Source: a bacterium
GTDB taxonomy: Bacteria > Zhuqueibacterota > Zhuqueibacteria > Zhuqueibacterales > Zhuqueibacteraceae
Reading direction: 5' to 3'
DNA length: 31,107 bases
NCBI GenBank assembly: GCA_044869275.1
Contig: JBIOXB010000009.1
Location: 1-31,107 of the forward strand
Part shown: positions 16,539 through 26,216 of the stretch, in pieces
Numbering within the stretch: the first letter of the stretch is position 1
Layout: each line of letters begins with the position of its first letter
Made by a program: the position numbers and the translations under genes
The notes under the pieces: model-generated
The model's database searches: none
The model's input: only the letters and a program-made list of their open reading frames with translations
Told to the model about the DNA's origin: nothing

Positions 16539-16769
16539 ATGCATCGAGTTCGCTTTGCTTTGCCAGACACTTCTCCTGTGCGTCTGGCGATTTACAATTT
16601 GAAGGGAAAAGAAGTGCGGTTACTGCTCACCGGCCACCTGCCGGCAGGCGAGCATCAGGCCTTGTGGGACGGCAACGACAATCACGGCCATGCGGCCAAC
16701 CAAGGCATCTATTTTTATCGCCTCGATTGCCCGTCTTTCCACCGCGTGCGCAAATTCGTGCGCGCCTAA
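16539..16769 (+). CDS. Stand-alone FlgD-Ig/T9SS-like C-terminal domain (possibly a gene remnant)
   Basis: VRFALP...VRLAIYNLKGKEVRLL..G.LPAGEH...WDG.D..G....QGIYFYRL. Start uncertain (16362, 16449 or 16539). Confidence 0.75.
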   Translation: MHRVRFALPDTSPVRLAIYNLKGKEVRLLLTGHLPAGEHQALWDGNDNHGHAANQGIYFYRLDCPSFHRVRKFVRA

Positions 16770-16793
16770 AAAGCCATAACTCCCTCCTCACGA

Positions 16794-16836
16794 GAAACGC
16801 CACGCGCTCCGTATTAGAGGAACGTCGTGGCGTTTC
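16794..16836. terminator. Likely bidirectional terminator between convergent genes
   Basis: GAAACGCCACG...CGTGGCGTTTC, an 11-bp inverted repeat. Confidence 0.7.
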
Positions 16837-16839
16837 ATT

Positions 16840-18663
16840 TTATCCTGCCAGCTTTTGTTCCATTCTCTCCTGCACGGCAAATTGCAATTGATAGAGGCGG
16901 TAATAAATGCCGCGCTGCGCCAGCAATTCTTCGTGCGTGCCCAGCTCGCGCAGGCAGCCTTTGTGCATGACCATGATGCGATCAGCGTGCTGGATGGTCG
17001 AAAGCCGGTGCGCGATGATGAGAGAGGTCCGGTTTTTCATGAGCCGTTGCAGCGCCTCTTGAATGAGCAATTCCGTTTCGGTATCGACGCTGGAAGTGGC
17101 CTCGTCCAGAATGAGAACGGGCGGATCGTAAGCCAGCGCGCGCGCGAAAGCGATGAGCTGTTTTTGCCCCACGGAAAGGTTGTTGCCGCGCTCGATCACC
17201 GGATCTTGAAAGCCCTTGGGCAGTTTTTCGATGAAACGCAGCGCGTTCACCTCTCCCGCCGCGCGCCGCACTTGTGGGGAAGAAATCGCATGATTGCCGA
17301 GGCGGATGTTTTCTTCGATGCTGTCGGCGAACAGAAAGACGTCTTGCAACACCAATCCCATTTGGCTGCGCACGGTATACAGCGGCAGGGCATGAATGTC
17401 CCGGCCATCGATCGTAATCCGGCCTTGCTGGGGCGCATAAAAACGCAGTAACAGGCTGATCATGGTGGTTTTGCCCGAGCCGGTCGCGCCCACGATGGCG
17501 ACGGTTTCTCCCGGTGAGATTTTGAAAGAAACATCCTTGATCACTTTTTCTTCCGGGCGATAACCGAATTCCACGTTGTGAAATTCGATCTCGCCCCTCG
17601 CCCAACGAGCGCCGGCTGGTGCAATCGGGGAGAGGGCGCCGGGCGGCTTTGGTCCGGCTTCCGCCAGTTCGTCTTTCTCATCCAACAGTCTAAAAATCCG
17701 TTCGGAGCTGGCCATCGCGGTCTGCAAAATGCCGTATTTTTCGGCGAGATCGCTGATGGGATGAAAGAACATCTCGACGTACATGATAAATGCCACCAGC
17801 GCGCCGAAAGACAGCTGGTTCGCCACCACCTGCCCGCCGCCATACCAAATGATCGAGGCCACCGCCAGCGCGCCGATGAATTCCACCACCGGATAGAACA
17901 CGGCGTAATAAAAAATCGTCTTGCGATACGCTTCGAGATGATCGCGATTCTTTTGATCAAAGCGCTTAAAATTTTCGGCCTCGCGATTGAAAAGCTGCAC
18001 GACCGCCATGCCGGTGAGGTTTTCTTGCAGAAAAGCATTGATTTTGGCGATGCGCTCGCGAATCAAGCGCTCGGCGTGGCGCACCTTGTTTTTGAAAACC
18101 ACCGTGGCCGCGAACAGCAGGGGCACGGTGGCCAGCGTCGCCAGCGTGAGCTGCCAGTTCAAATTGAGCATCGCGATAATGATGCCGCCGAGCATGAAAA
18201 AATCACCGAACACCGCCACCAGGCCGGAAGTGAACAATTCGTTCAGCGCCTGCACATCGTTGGTGACCCGCGTCATCAAACGGCCGACGGGGTTGCGATC
18301 GAAGAACGCCAGCGGCAAGCGCTGCAAGTGAGAAAAAATCTCCACACGCAAATCGTACATCACACGCTGGCCGATCCATTCCATCAGAACAGTGCGCGCG
18401 TAATTGACCAAAAAACCGGCAATCAGCACGCTCAAATACAGCAGGCTGATGGTGGCCAGCCCGCTGGCGTCTTTATTGGCGATGTATTTGTCGATGCCGA
18501 TTTTGGTGAGAATCGGCCCAACCACGGAAGCGCCGCTGTTCAGCAGCAGCAGCACGACGCCAACCAACATATAGCGGTAGATCGGCCGGATATACTTCAG
18601 CAGGCGCCGCATCAATGCGGCGTCGTACGTTTTTGAAAATTGTTCTTCCTCGTGAGCAGCCAT
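16840..18663 (-). CDS. ABC exporter, fused permease/ATPase (MdlB/YheH-like half)
   Basis: FFDRNPVGRLMTRVTND, GATGSGKTT, LSVGQKQL, ILDEATSSVD, IAHRLST. Confidence 0.94.
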   Translation of the reverse strand: MAAHEEEQFSKTYDAALMRRLLKYIRPIYRYMLVGVVLLLLNSGASVVGPILTKIGIDKYIANKDASGLATISLLYLSVLIAGFLVNYARTVLMEWIGQRVMYDLRVEIFSHLQRLPLAFFDRNPVGRLMTRVTNDVQALNELFTSGLVAVFGDFFMLGGIIIAMLNLNWQLTLATLATVPLLFAATVVFKNKVRHAERLIRERIAKINAFLQENLTGMAVVQLFNREAENFKRFDQKNRDHLEAYRKTIFYYAVFYPVVEFIGALAVASIIWYGGGQVVANQLSFGALVAFIMYVEMFFHPISDLAEKYGILQTAMASSERIFRLLDEKDELAEAGPKPPGALSPIAPAGARWARGEIEFHNVEFGYRPEEKVIKDVSFKISPGETVAIVGATGSGKTTMISLLLRFYAPQQGRITIDGRDIHALPLYTVRSQMGLVLQDVFLFADSIEENIRLGNHAISSPQVRRAAGEVNALRFIEKLPKGFQDPVIERGNNLSVGQKQLIAFARALAYDPPVLILDEATSSVDTETELLIQEALQRLMKNRTSLIIAHRLSTIQHADRIMVMHKGCLRELGTHEELLAQRGIYYRLYQLQFAVQERMEQKLAG

Positions 18664-18672
18664 ATCCAATAT

Positions 18673-18698
18673 TCAGCGATCAGTGTACAGTGAACAGT
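18673..18698. repeat. Short heptamer array (NCAGYGN)
   Basis: TCAGCGA TCAGTGT ACAGTGA ACAGT. Confidence 0.5.
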
Positions 18699-18710
18699 TG
18701 GGCATTTCTT

Positions 18711-18787
18711 GTCTCCCCGTCCCCCCGTCCCGCAGTCTCCCTGTCCCCCCGTCTCCCTGTCCCCCGTCTCCCAGTCTCCCAGTCTCC
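18711..18787. repeat. Octamer tandem repeat GTC(T/C)CCCN, about 10 units
   Basis: GTCTCCCC GTCCCCCC GTCCCGCA GTCTCCCT GTCCCCCC GTCTCCCT GTCCCCC GTCTCCCA GTCTCCCA GTCTCC. Confidence 0.9.
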
Positions 18788-18791
18788 TTTC

Positions 18792-19691
18792 CTATCTCGG
18801 AATACCGAGCTGGACGCGATAGGGCGCATCCGAATTGCCATGCAATTGCCAATACGGCAAGCGCAGAGATTTGATCAACTCTCCCTTGCCGCCATCGCTG
18901 GATTGCCATTTCAGGATACGATGCGGATATTTTTTCTCCACCCAATACTTTTCTGTGCGATTGTCCACCTGCCAAGTCCAGCGCCACGTCGACGCGTTGT
19001 CTCCCTCAGTTTCTATGGTTTCGCCCTCCTCCTTCATGATCCAACCCGGCTGGAATGCAATTTCCCGATGCGCCGCGCGCACCGCCCAGGCGCTGGGCAG
19101 AATTTGGAGATCGCGCCTTTGATGCGCTGCCAATTTCTCACCATCGAGCTCGCGAATCCAGACCGGCAGATTGTCCTCGAACGCGGCATTTTCCGGAATT
19201 CGGAGCTGACGCCTTTGCTCGCCCTCGCTTTCAAAATAACTGTGCAGTGTCAACTCGGCTTGGTCGCGCTGCGGCATCAGCATTTGGAAGACGTGGCCGC
19301 ACCATTCCTGCCCGGAAAACGAGATTTTCAGGGGCTCAAACGCGGGGCGGCCGAGCTCGGCGTTAACGCTGCTGAAAGTGGAAGACATCAGCGAATAGTC
19401 GTAAATGCCGGTGGTGAATTTCGTCACCCGATTCAGTTTCAGCACCGGCACGCGATCCTGTAACGGAATCGCTCCAGATTCGACTTTAATGCGCGTGGTG
19501 CGGGAGATTTCCTCTGTCACAAAAACCAACGTTGACCATCCCTCCCGCAACTCACCATAGCGCGGTACGATCACGCGATAAGACGCTACCTCGCCTTTGC
19601 CGTCGCCCCAGTATTTCCAAAAATCGACAACCTCGCTGACAGGCCAGCAAGCGGCAAACAAAAATCCATAAATAGCCGGCAACAGCATCAT
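18792..19691 (-). CDS. Conserved exported hypothetical protein
   Basis: Signal-like N-terminus and GGGAGA RBS. Conserved-looking blocks YWGDGKGEV..Y, RYGELREG, FVTE, VLKLN, FTTGIYDYS, QEWCG, LRLPYW. Confidence 0.8.
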   Translation of the reverse strand: MMLLPAIYGFLFAACWPVSEVVDFWKYWGDGKGEVASYRVIVPRYGELREGWSTLVFVTEEISRTTRIKVESGAIPLQDRVPVLKLNRVTKFTTGIYDYSLMSSTFSSVNAELGRPAFEPLKISFSGQEWCGHVFQMLMPQRDQAELTLHSYFESEGEQRRQLRIPENAAFEDNLPVWIRELDGEKLAAHQRRDLQILPSAWAVRAAHREIAFQPGWIMKEEGETIETEGDNASTWRWTWQVDNRTEKYWVEKKYPHRILKWQSSDGGKGELIKSLRLPYWQLHGNSDAPYRVQLGIPR

Positions 19692-19709
19692 TTTCTCCCA
19701 TGCTGAATT

Positions 19710-21494
19710 TCAAAGCGCTTCCAAGTCTTCTTCCAATTGCTGCTTGCGGCTCAACTCCGCATAGTAACCATCTTTCTGCATGAGCAGCTCATGCGTGCCT
19801 TTTTCCACGATGCTGCCGTCTTTCAAAACCACGATCAAATCCGCGTCGCGCACGGTGGAAACGCGATGCGAGATGATGATGCTGGTGCGCTCGCGCATCA
19901 CGCCGCGCAGGCCTCGCAGAATTTCGTCCTCCGTATAAGTATCCACCGAAGAGAGCGCATCGTCAAGAATCAAAATGCGGGGCTGCCGTACGATCGCCCG
20001 GGCGATGGCGGTGCGTTGCTTCTGCCCGCCAGAAAGATTGATGCCGCGCTCGCCCAACAAGGTCTCGTAGCGCTCGGAAAAACCTTCAATCTCATCCTTG
20101 ACGCGCGCGATCACTGCCGCCGCTTGCATGGATTCACCGTCGCCGTTCTGTGTGCCAAACAGAATGTTCTCGCGAATCGTTTCCGAAAAAAGAAAGGTTT
20201 CTTGCGGCACACAGCCGATCTCGCGGCGCAGGACTTGTACAGGAATTTTCTTGAGGTCAATGCCATCGATCAAAATCCTTCCCTCCGTCGGATCAAACAA
20301 GCGCGGAATCAAATTCACCAGCGTCGATTTGCCACTGCCGGTATGCCCGACGAGGGCCAGCGTCATGCCTGCGGGAATTTTGAGATTGAGATGGCGCAGC
20401 GCCCAGGCGTTTTCGTTGTAGCGAAAACTCACGTTCTGAAACTCGATCTCGCCGCGCAGTTCCTGCACGCCGTGATCCGTCATGGCCGTGTCGCGAATCT
20501 CCGGCACCGTTTCGAAAATGCGATTCAGCCGGCCCATCGATGCCGTGCCTTGTTGCACGACGTTGATGACCCAACCTAGCGCGATCATCGGCCAGGTCAA
20601 CAAGGTCAGATACGCGAAAAACGCGACGAATTCGCCCCAGCTCAAGCGGCCGTGAATGACCTCGAGGCCGCCGATCCACAGCAACAACAGCGCGCCGGCG
20701 CCGGAAAGAAAACCCATGCCCGCCCATAATACGCCTTCGACTTTTCCCAGGGACACGCTTTTTTGCATGTAGTCGCGATTGAGATGCCGGAACTGCTCGA
20801 TCTCGAAATCTTCGCGCAGATAGGACTTGATCACGCGAATGCCGGACAGATTTTCCTGCACGCGCGTGGTGATTTTTGAAAACTGCTCCTGAATTTTCTC
20901 ATAAATTGCGTGGATCTTGCCCATGGTGCGGTTGACGATGACGGCCATCACCGGCAGAATCAGCATCGCGATGAAAGTCATCTTGACGTTCATGCTCAGC
21001 ATGAAAAGAAACGCGCCCAGGCCGAGCACGACGGTGTTGGAGGCGTACATGATGCCCGGGCCGAGCACGGTGCGCACGCTGTTGAGATCGTTGGTGGCGC
21101 GCGCCATCAAGTCGCCAGTGCTGTGCCGGTTATAGAAGCCCCGCGACAGGCGCTGCAAATGGCCGAAAAAATCGTTGCGCAAATCGTATTCGATCAAGCG
21201 CGACACCACGATGATGGTTTGCCGCATCCAGAATCGGAAGAAACCCTCGCCCAAGGAAACGAGCAGGATCAGGCCGGCAAAATAAAGCAGGCGCGAGGAA
21301 GTGAGCTTTTGCTGCAGACTGTCGACCGCCAGCCGCAGCACGCGCGGCGCGGACAGGCTGAAAACATTCGTCGCGAAAATAAAAAGGACGCCGAGCGCGA
21401 CGCGGCCGCGATATTTCTGCAAATAGGGCAGCAGCGTCATGAGTTCACGCCACCCGCCTTTGCGCTGCTTCTGGTCTTTCGAGTCTTCGCTCAT
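19710..21494 (-). CDS. ABC exporter, fused permease/ATPase (MdlA/YheI-like half, degenerate site)
   Basis: TGDLMARATNDL, GHTGSGKST, VPQETFLFS, LSGGQKQR, ILDDALSSVD (D in place of the catalytic E), ISHRVST. AAGGA RBS before ATG 21494. Confidence 0.94.
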   Translation of the reverse strand: MSEDSKDQKQRKGGWRELMTLLPYLQKYRGRVALGVLFIFATNVFSLSAPRVLRLAVDSLQQKLTSSRLLYFAGLILLVSLGEGFFRFWMRQTIIVVSRLIEYDLRNDFFGHLQRLSRGFYNRHSTGDLMARATNDLNSVRTVLGPGIMYASNTVVLGLGAFLFMLSMNVKMTFIAMLILPVMAVIVNRTMGKIHAIYEKIQEQFSKITTRVQENLSGIRVIKSYLREDFEIEQFRHLNRDYMQKSVSLGKVEGVLWAGMGFLSGAGALLLLWIGGLEVIHGRLSWGEFVAFFAYLTLLTWPMIALGWVINVVQQGTASMGRLNRIFETVPEIRDTAMTDHGVQELRGEIEFQNVSFRYNENAWALRHLNLKIPAGMTLALVGHTGSGKSTLVNLIPRLFDPTEGRILIDGIDLKKIPVQVLRREIGCVPQETFLFSETIRENILFGTQNGDGESMQAAAVIARVKDEIEGFSERYETLLGERGINLSGGQKQRTAIARAIVRQPRILILDDALSSVDTYTEDEILRGLRGVMRERTSIIISHRVSTVRDADLIVVLKDGSIVEKGTHELLMQKDGYYAELSRKQQLEEDLEAL

Positions 21495-21573
21495 TTCCTT
21501 GCCAATCATCAGCCTGTGGAACATGCCGCCCCGCGAGGAGAGGCCTGTCTCATGTCGTTCACCGGCAGTGTTT

Positions 21574-22290
21574 TCAAAGCACTTTCTGAATGAACTCGTG
21601 AAACCGCCGGAAAATGCGCTCCCGATCGCGATCGACCGTCAACACATGATAGGATTCCTCAACGATCATTTCCTCCACTTGAGCAGAATTCGCTCGCGCG
21701 GTGAGAAATTGCACATTGTCGATGGGCACAACGTGATCTTGCTGCGAATGAATCACCAACACCGGCATGCGGATGTGCGCCAGCTCTTTGCGCACGACGC
21801 GCTGCAAGTTAAAAACCTCGTACAATGCCGAATAAGGATACTCTTGATAACTGTCCAGCTGGGCGCGGCCATGATCGTCGTTGACATCCGGGCCGCGCCA
21901 CTTGCGCCGGGTTTTGAGAATCGGCCCAACCAGATAGGCGCCATACTCTTTCCACTTCGGCACCCACAGCGCGGGCGCCAGCGCCACCACACCCGAAAAT
22001 ACGAAATTGGCCGCCAAATGCAAAGCCAGAGCCCCGCCCAAAGACAGGCCAATAACGATTTGTTTCTGCGTCTCGCTTTGCAAGCGGCGAAAAGCACTTT
22101 CGGCGGCATCCAGCCAGTCGCGATGGGAAACCTGCAACAGCGCGTCCGGCGTGGAAGCATGCCCGGGCAGGATAGGAAGATGAAGGCGAAAACCTTCGGC
22201 GCGAAGCGAGGCGGCAAGCCCCTTCATTTCGGTGGGACTACTGGTAAAGCCATGAATCAACAGACATCCGATGTCCTGTGGTCGCGTCAT
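21574..22290 (-). CDS. Carboxylesterase/monoacylglycerol lipase-like alpha/beta hydrolase
   Basis: HGFTSSP, LPGH, GLSLGG (GxSxG), DHVVP, SYHVLT. Confidence 0.92.
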   Translation of the reverse strand: MTRPQDIGCLLIHGFTSSPTEMKGLAASLRAEGFRLHLPILPGHASTPDALLQVSHRDWLDAAESAFRRLQSETQKQIVIGLSLGGALALHLAANFVFSGVVALAPALWVPKWKEYGAYLVGPILKTRRKWRGPDVNDDHGRAQLDSYQEYPYSALYEVFNLQRVVRKELAHIRMPVLVIHSQQDHVVPIDNVQFLTARANSAQVEEMIVEESYHVLTVDRDRERIFRRFHEFIQKVL

Positions 22291-22298
22291 ACACCTAT

Positions 22299-22327
22299 AA
22301 TATATGCTTTGACGCGCATAAAGTCAA
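22299..22327 (-). promoter_or_regulatory. Sigma70-type promoter directly abutting the esterase start
   Basis: Minus strand TTGACT-N17-TATATT, with only 8 nt to the ATG. Confidence 0.7.
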
Positions 22328-22412
22328 CGGCAGGGCAAAAACCTGGGTAGGGCTGTGACTGAGGTTTGGGCGGCCCGAGAAAACAGCATCGGGGCAGAGT
22401 TATGTTTTGGAA

Positions 22413-22824
22413 TTATGCAGATTCGATTCGTGTCACTCGAGCATCTAACGCTTGGAGGGCGGCGTTCTGCCGGCGATCGGATTCCTGCAGCAGATTGACC
22501 TCACTTTGCAGGCGATCCTGGCCGGCCCCCCTGCGCGGCTTTTTCCTGATGGAACAATTCATACTCTTTCAGCATGTCACTGCGAAACTTTTCATCTTTT
22601 CTTTCATTGGCAGCAATCTGGTCGGCCAAAGCATAAATCTGTTTTTGCAAAGCGCTCCCTTGTTGATCAATGCGCTGTGTCGTTTCCTGACGGAGAGCTT
22701 GGATTTCCTGAGCCGTTTCCTGACGGAGAGTCTGAATCGTTTCTTCGAATTTTTGTGCCGTCTCTTTACGGAATGAAGCAAGGTCATGGGTCAAGCCCTC
22801 AACACGTCCGCTGAGGCGTCCCAT
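22413..22824 (-). pseudogene. Coiled-coil protein with 11-aa repeats, frameshifted at a G6 tract
   Basis: The ORF 22501-22824 has LRQETAQ repeats (33-bp period, 22681/22714). Removing one G from 22526-22531 extends it with GAGQDRLQSEVNLLQESDRRQNAALQALDARVTRIESA* (stop at 22413). Confidence 0.65.
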
Positions 22825-22877
22825 TCCCTTACTGATATTTTCGAAAAGATGCTTTGCCGGTTAATATTGCCACGTCT

Positions 22878-24356
22878 TCATTTTCCAGCAAGCTTCCAGT
22901 TCCTTCGTATGGGATGCGCCTCGGTATTAAAAATCACTTTCGAAAAATCGAGGGTCTCGCGCGGGGCGAAGAGCAGGTAAAGATACTTCAACGTTTCCGC
23001 GAGAAAGAAACTTTCCATCTCGTCCCTCTTCTCCTTGGTTTCAACATTTTGCAGTGCGGCGTAGCCTGCTTCCGTTTTGCAATAGCGCACGAGGTCCTCC
23101 AAGAACGTGCGGCCCATTTCGAGGTAGCGCGAGTCTGCGGTGAGAACATAGAGATAATACGCCGACTCCATGATTTCCGGCCGGAGATGATACACGCCGT
23201 TGGTCACTTTCATCGTGACATAGTCCAATTCTTCCGGCTCGACGCCGAAGGCCGTCCACATTTTGAAGCTGGATTTCTGCAACCGTCGCGCGCGCTCGAG
23301 ATCACCGGACAATGCCAGCACTGCGGGAAAGAATGCGTCCAGCGCGCCAAACGTTGTTGCCAGACGCGCACCGGAGAGCATGTGTACCCGGCCATACCAG
23401 AAACCGTTGTCCGCCTGATGCGCGACAAATTGGTTGAGTGCCGCGATGCTCGTACGCCACATCCGTTCGCAATCTTTGTCGTCGAACAGCCGCCAGCATT
23501 TGAGCAAGTATTCGTAATAGGAATCGATGCACGCACTGATGTGGCTGGCAGAATCCGTCCACGCACCGGTTTCGATATTGATCCATGTGCCCACCAGGCC
23601 GAGAGGCGAGCGGCGGTTGTACAACTCGACCAACGCGCGTTTGGCTTTGTCAAAATAGATCGGCTTGCCGGTCAATTTGCTGAGCGCGCCGAATTCGACC
23701 AGCAACGTTCCAATTTCCGCGGGATTGGTCACGGCGCCGCGCACGGCGCCGGTTTTGAGGTTCACGTACATGTATGGCATGCCGGTCGAGGAATCGAAGG
23801 CCTGCAGCAAGCGGTTTCCCAAATCATCCGCCAGCGCCAGCAAGCGCTGGTCTCCGGTGAGCTGATAACTGCTGAGCAGCCCTCCGAGCAGCCGGATCAC
23901 GACTTCAAAATTTTTCACTTCGAGGTCGTGGTCGAACGACAAATTCTTTACCACGAATTCCCTGGTTTTTTCCGCCTCCTCGGTGAATCCCATGAGCATC
24001 ATGGTATCCAAAGCATCGACCGGCGTCATGAGCAATGAGACGGCATGCCAGTCCTGAAAACTCTTGCTCAAGGGTTTCAGGGCGTCATGCCCCCAGGCAT
24101 ACTGCTTGTAGGCATTCCAGGCATGCATAAACTCTTGGCGCACGCGTTCGGCGAGCTTGGCATTATCAATTTTGCCGGGCCATGGCGCAGAAGCCGGGCT
24201 GGTCTCGGACCGTGAAACGCCAATACCATCTGTGGTCCCTGGCAACCAAAAGGCTCCAGGCTGGCTGGCAGGCTGTTGTCCATGGGCAGAGCAACACCCG
24301 GAAATAGAGAGGCCGGCCATGAGGATGAGGCGAATGAATTGATGAAGCGTTTTCAT
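22878..24356 (-). CDS. Glycoside hydrolase family 47 (class I alpha-1,2-mannosidase), exported
   Basis: AWGHDALKP, FEVVIRLLGGLLS, AEIGTLLVEF, DSYYEYLLK, LRPEIMES, ESFFLAETLKYLYLLF, FNTEAHP. N-terminal signal or lipoprotein-like sequence. Start could be 24356, 24371 or 24389. Confidence 0.95.
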   Translation of the reverse strand: MKTLHQFIRLILMAGLSISGCCSAHGQQPASQPGAFWLPGTTDGIGVSRSETSPASAPWPGKIDNAKLAERVRQEFMHAWNAYKQYAWGHDALKPLSKSFQDWHAVSLLMTPVDALDTMMLMGFTEEAEKTREFVVKNLSFDHDLEVKNFEVVIRLLGGLLSSYQLTGDQRLLALADDLGNRLLQAFDSSTGMPYMYVNLKTGAVRGAVTNPAEIGTLLVEFGALSKLTGKPIYFDKAKRALVELYNRRSPLGLVGTWINIETGAWTDSASHISACIDSYYEYLLKCWRLFDDKDCERMWRTSIAALNQFVAHQADNGFWYGRVHMLSGARLATTFGALDAFFPAVLALSGDLERARRLQKSSFKMWTAFGVEPEELDYVTMKVTNGVYHLRPEIMESAYYLYVLTADSRYLEMGRTFLEDLVRYCKTEAGYAALQNVETKEKRDEMESFFLAETLKYLYLLFAPRETLDFSKVIFNTEAHPIRRNWKLAGK

Positions 24357-24440
24357 AGCGTCATAAGTCATAGGTTGAGGCTGGGTCACACTACGGCACT
24401 TCGATCACGGTGCCTTTGCGTCCAAAAAAAACCAGGCTGC

Positions 24441-24491
24441 AGGAAAACACAAAGGAGAAAGTCGAACCGCACTTTCTCCTTGGCTTTTCCT
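24441..24491. terminator. Hairpin downstream of nuoN
   Basis: AGGAAAA..AAGGAGAAAGT / ACTTTCTCCTT..TTTTCCT inverted repeat. Confidence 0.6.
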
Positions 24492-24550
24492 CCAAAGAAT
24501 CCCTTCTTCGAAATGTGCGACGGAATCTCGAATTTCCGCGGCATTGAATT

Positions 24551-26011
<1,461 letters not shown>

Positions 26012-26067
26012 GAATGCATTGTCAGTTAAAAGTCATGCCGTTAATTTCATGCTTGTTTTCCCTCTCA

Positions 26068-26140
26068 TGTCATTCGGGAAGGACCTTTATTGAGCGCCGG
26101 GAACGTTGCAAGTTCGCAGAAAGATCCCTTCAAAACAACA
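26068..26140. repeat. Degenerate, uninterrupted REP-like doublet between nuoM and nuoN
   Basis: TGTCATTCGGGAAGGACCT ... AGATCCCTTCAAAACAACA resembles the TGTCATTCTGAAAGAATCT arm and its complement. Confidence 0.45.
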
Positions 26141-26216
26141 GCAGAAGTGGCCTTCACACCGCCCCGGGTATGCCTCAATGCGCGTTATGCGATTGTGCAA
26201 GCCCGTCGTCCTTGCT

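Noticed and set aside
18711..18787. Possible CRISPR array among the repeats
   Set aside because: Units are 7-8 bp tandem repeats without unique spacers, and there are no cas genes in the window.
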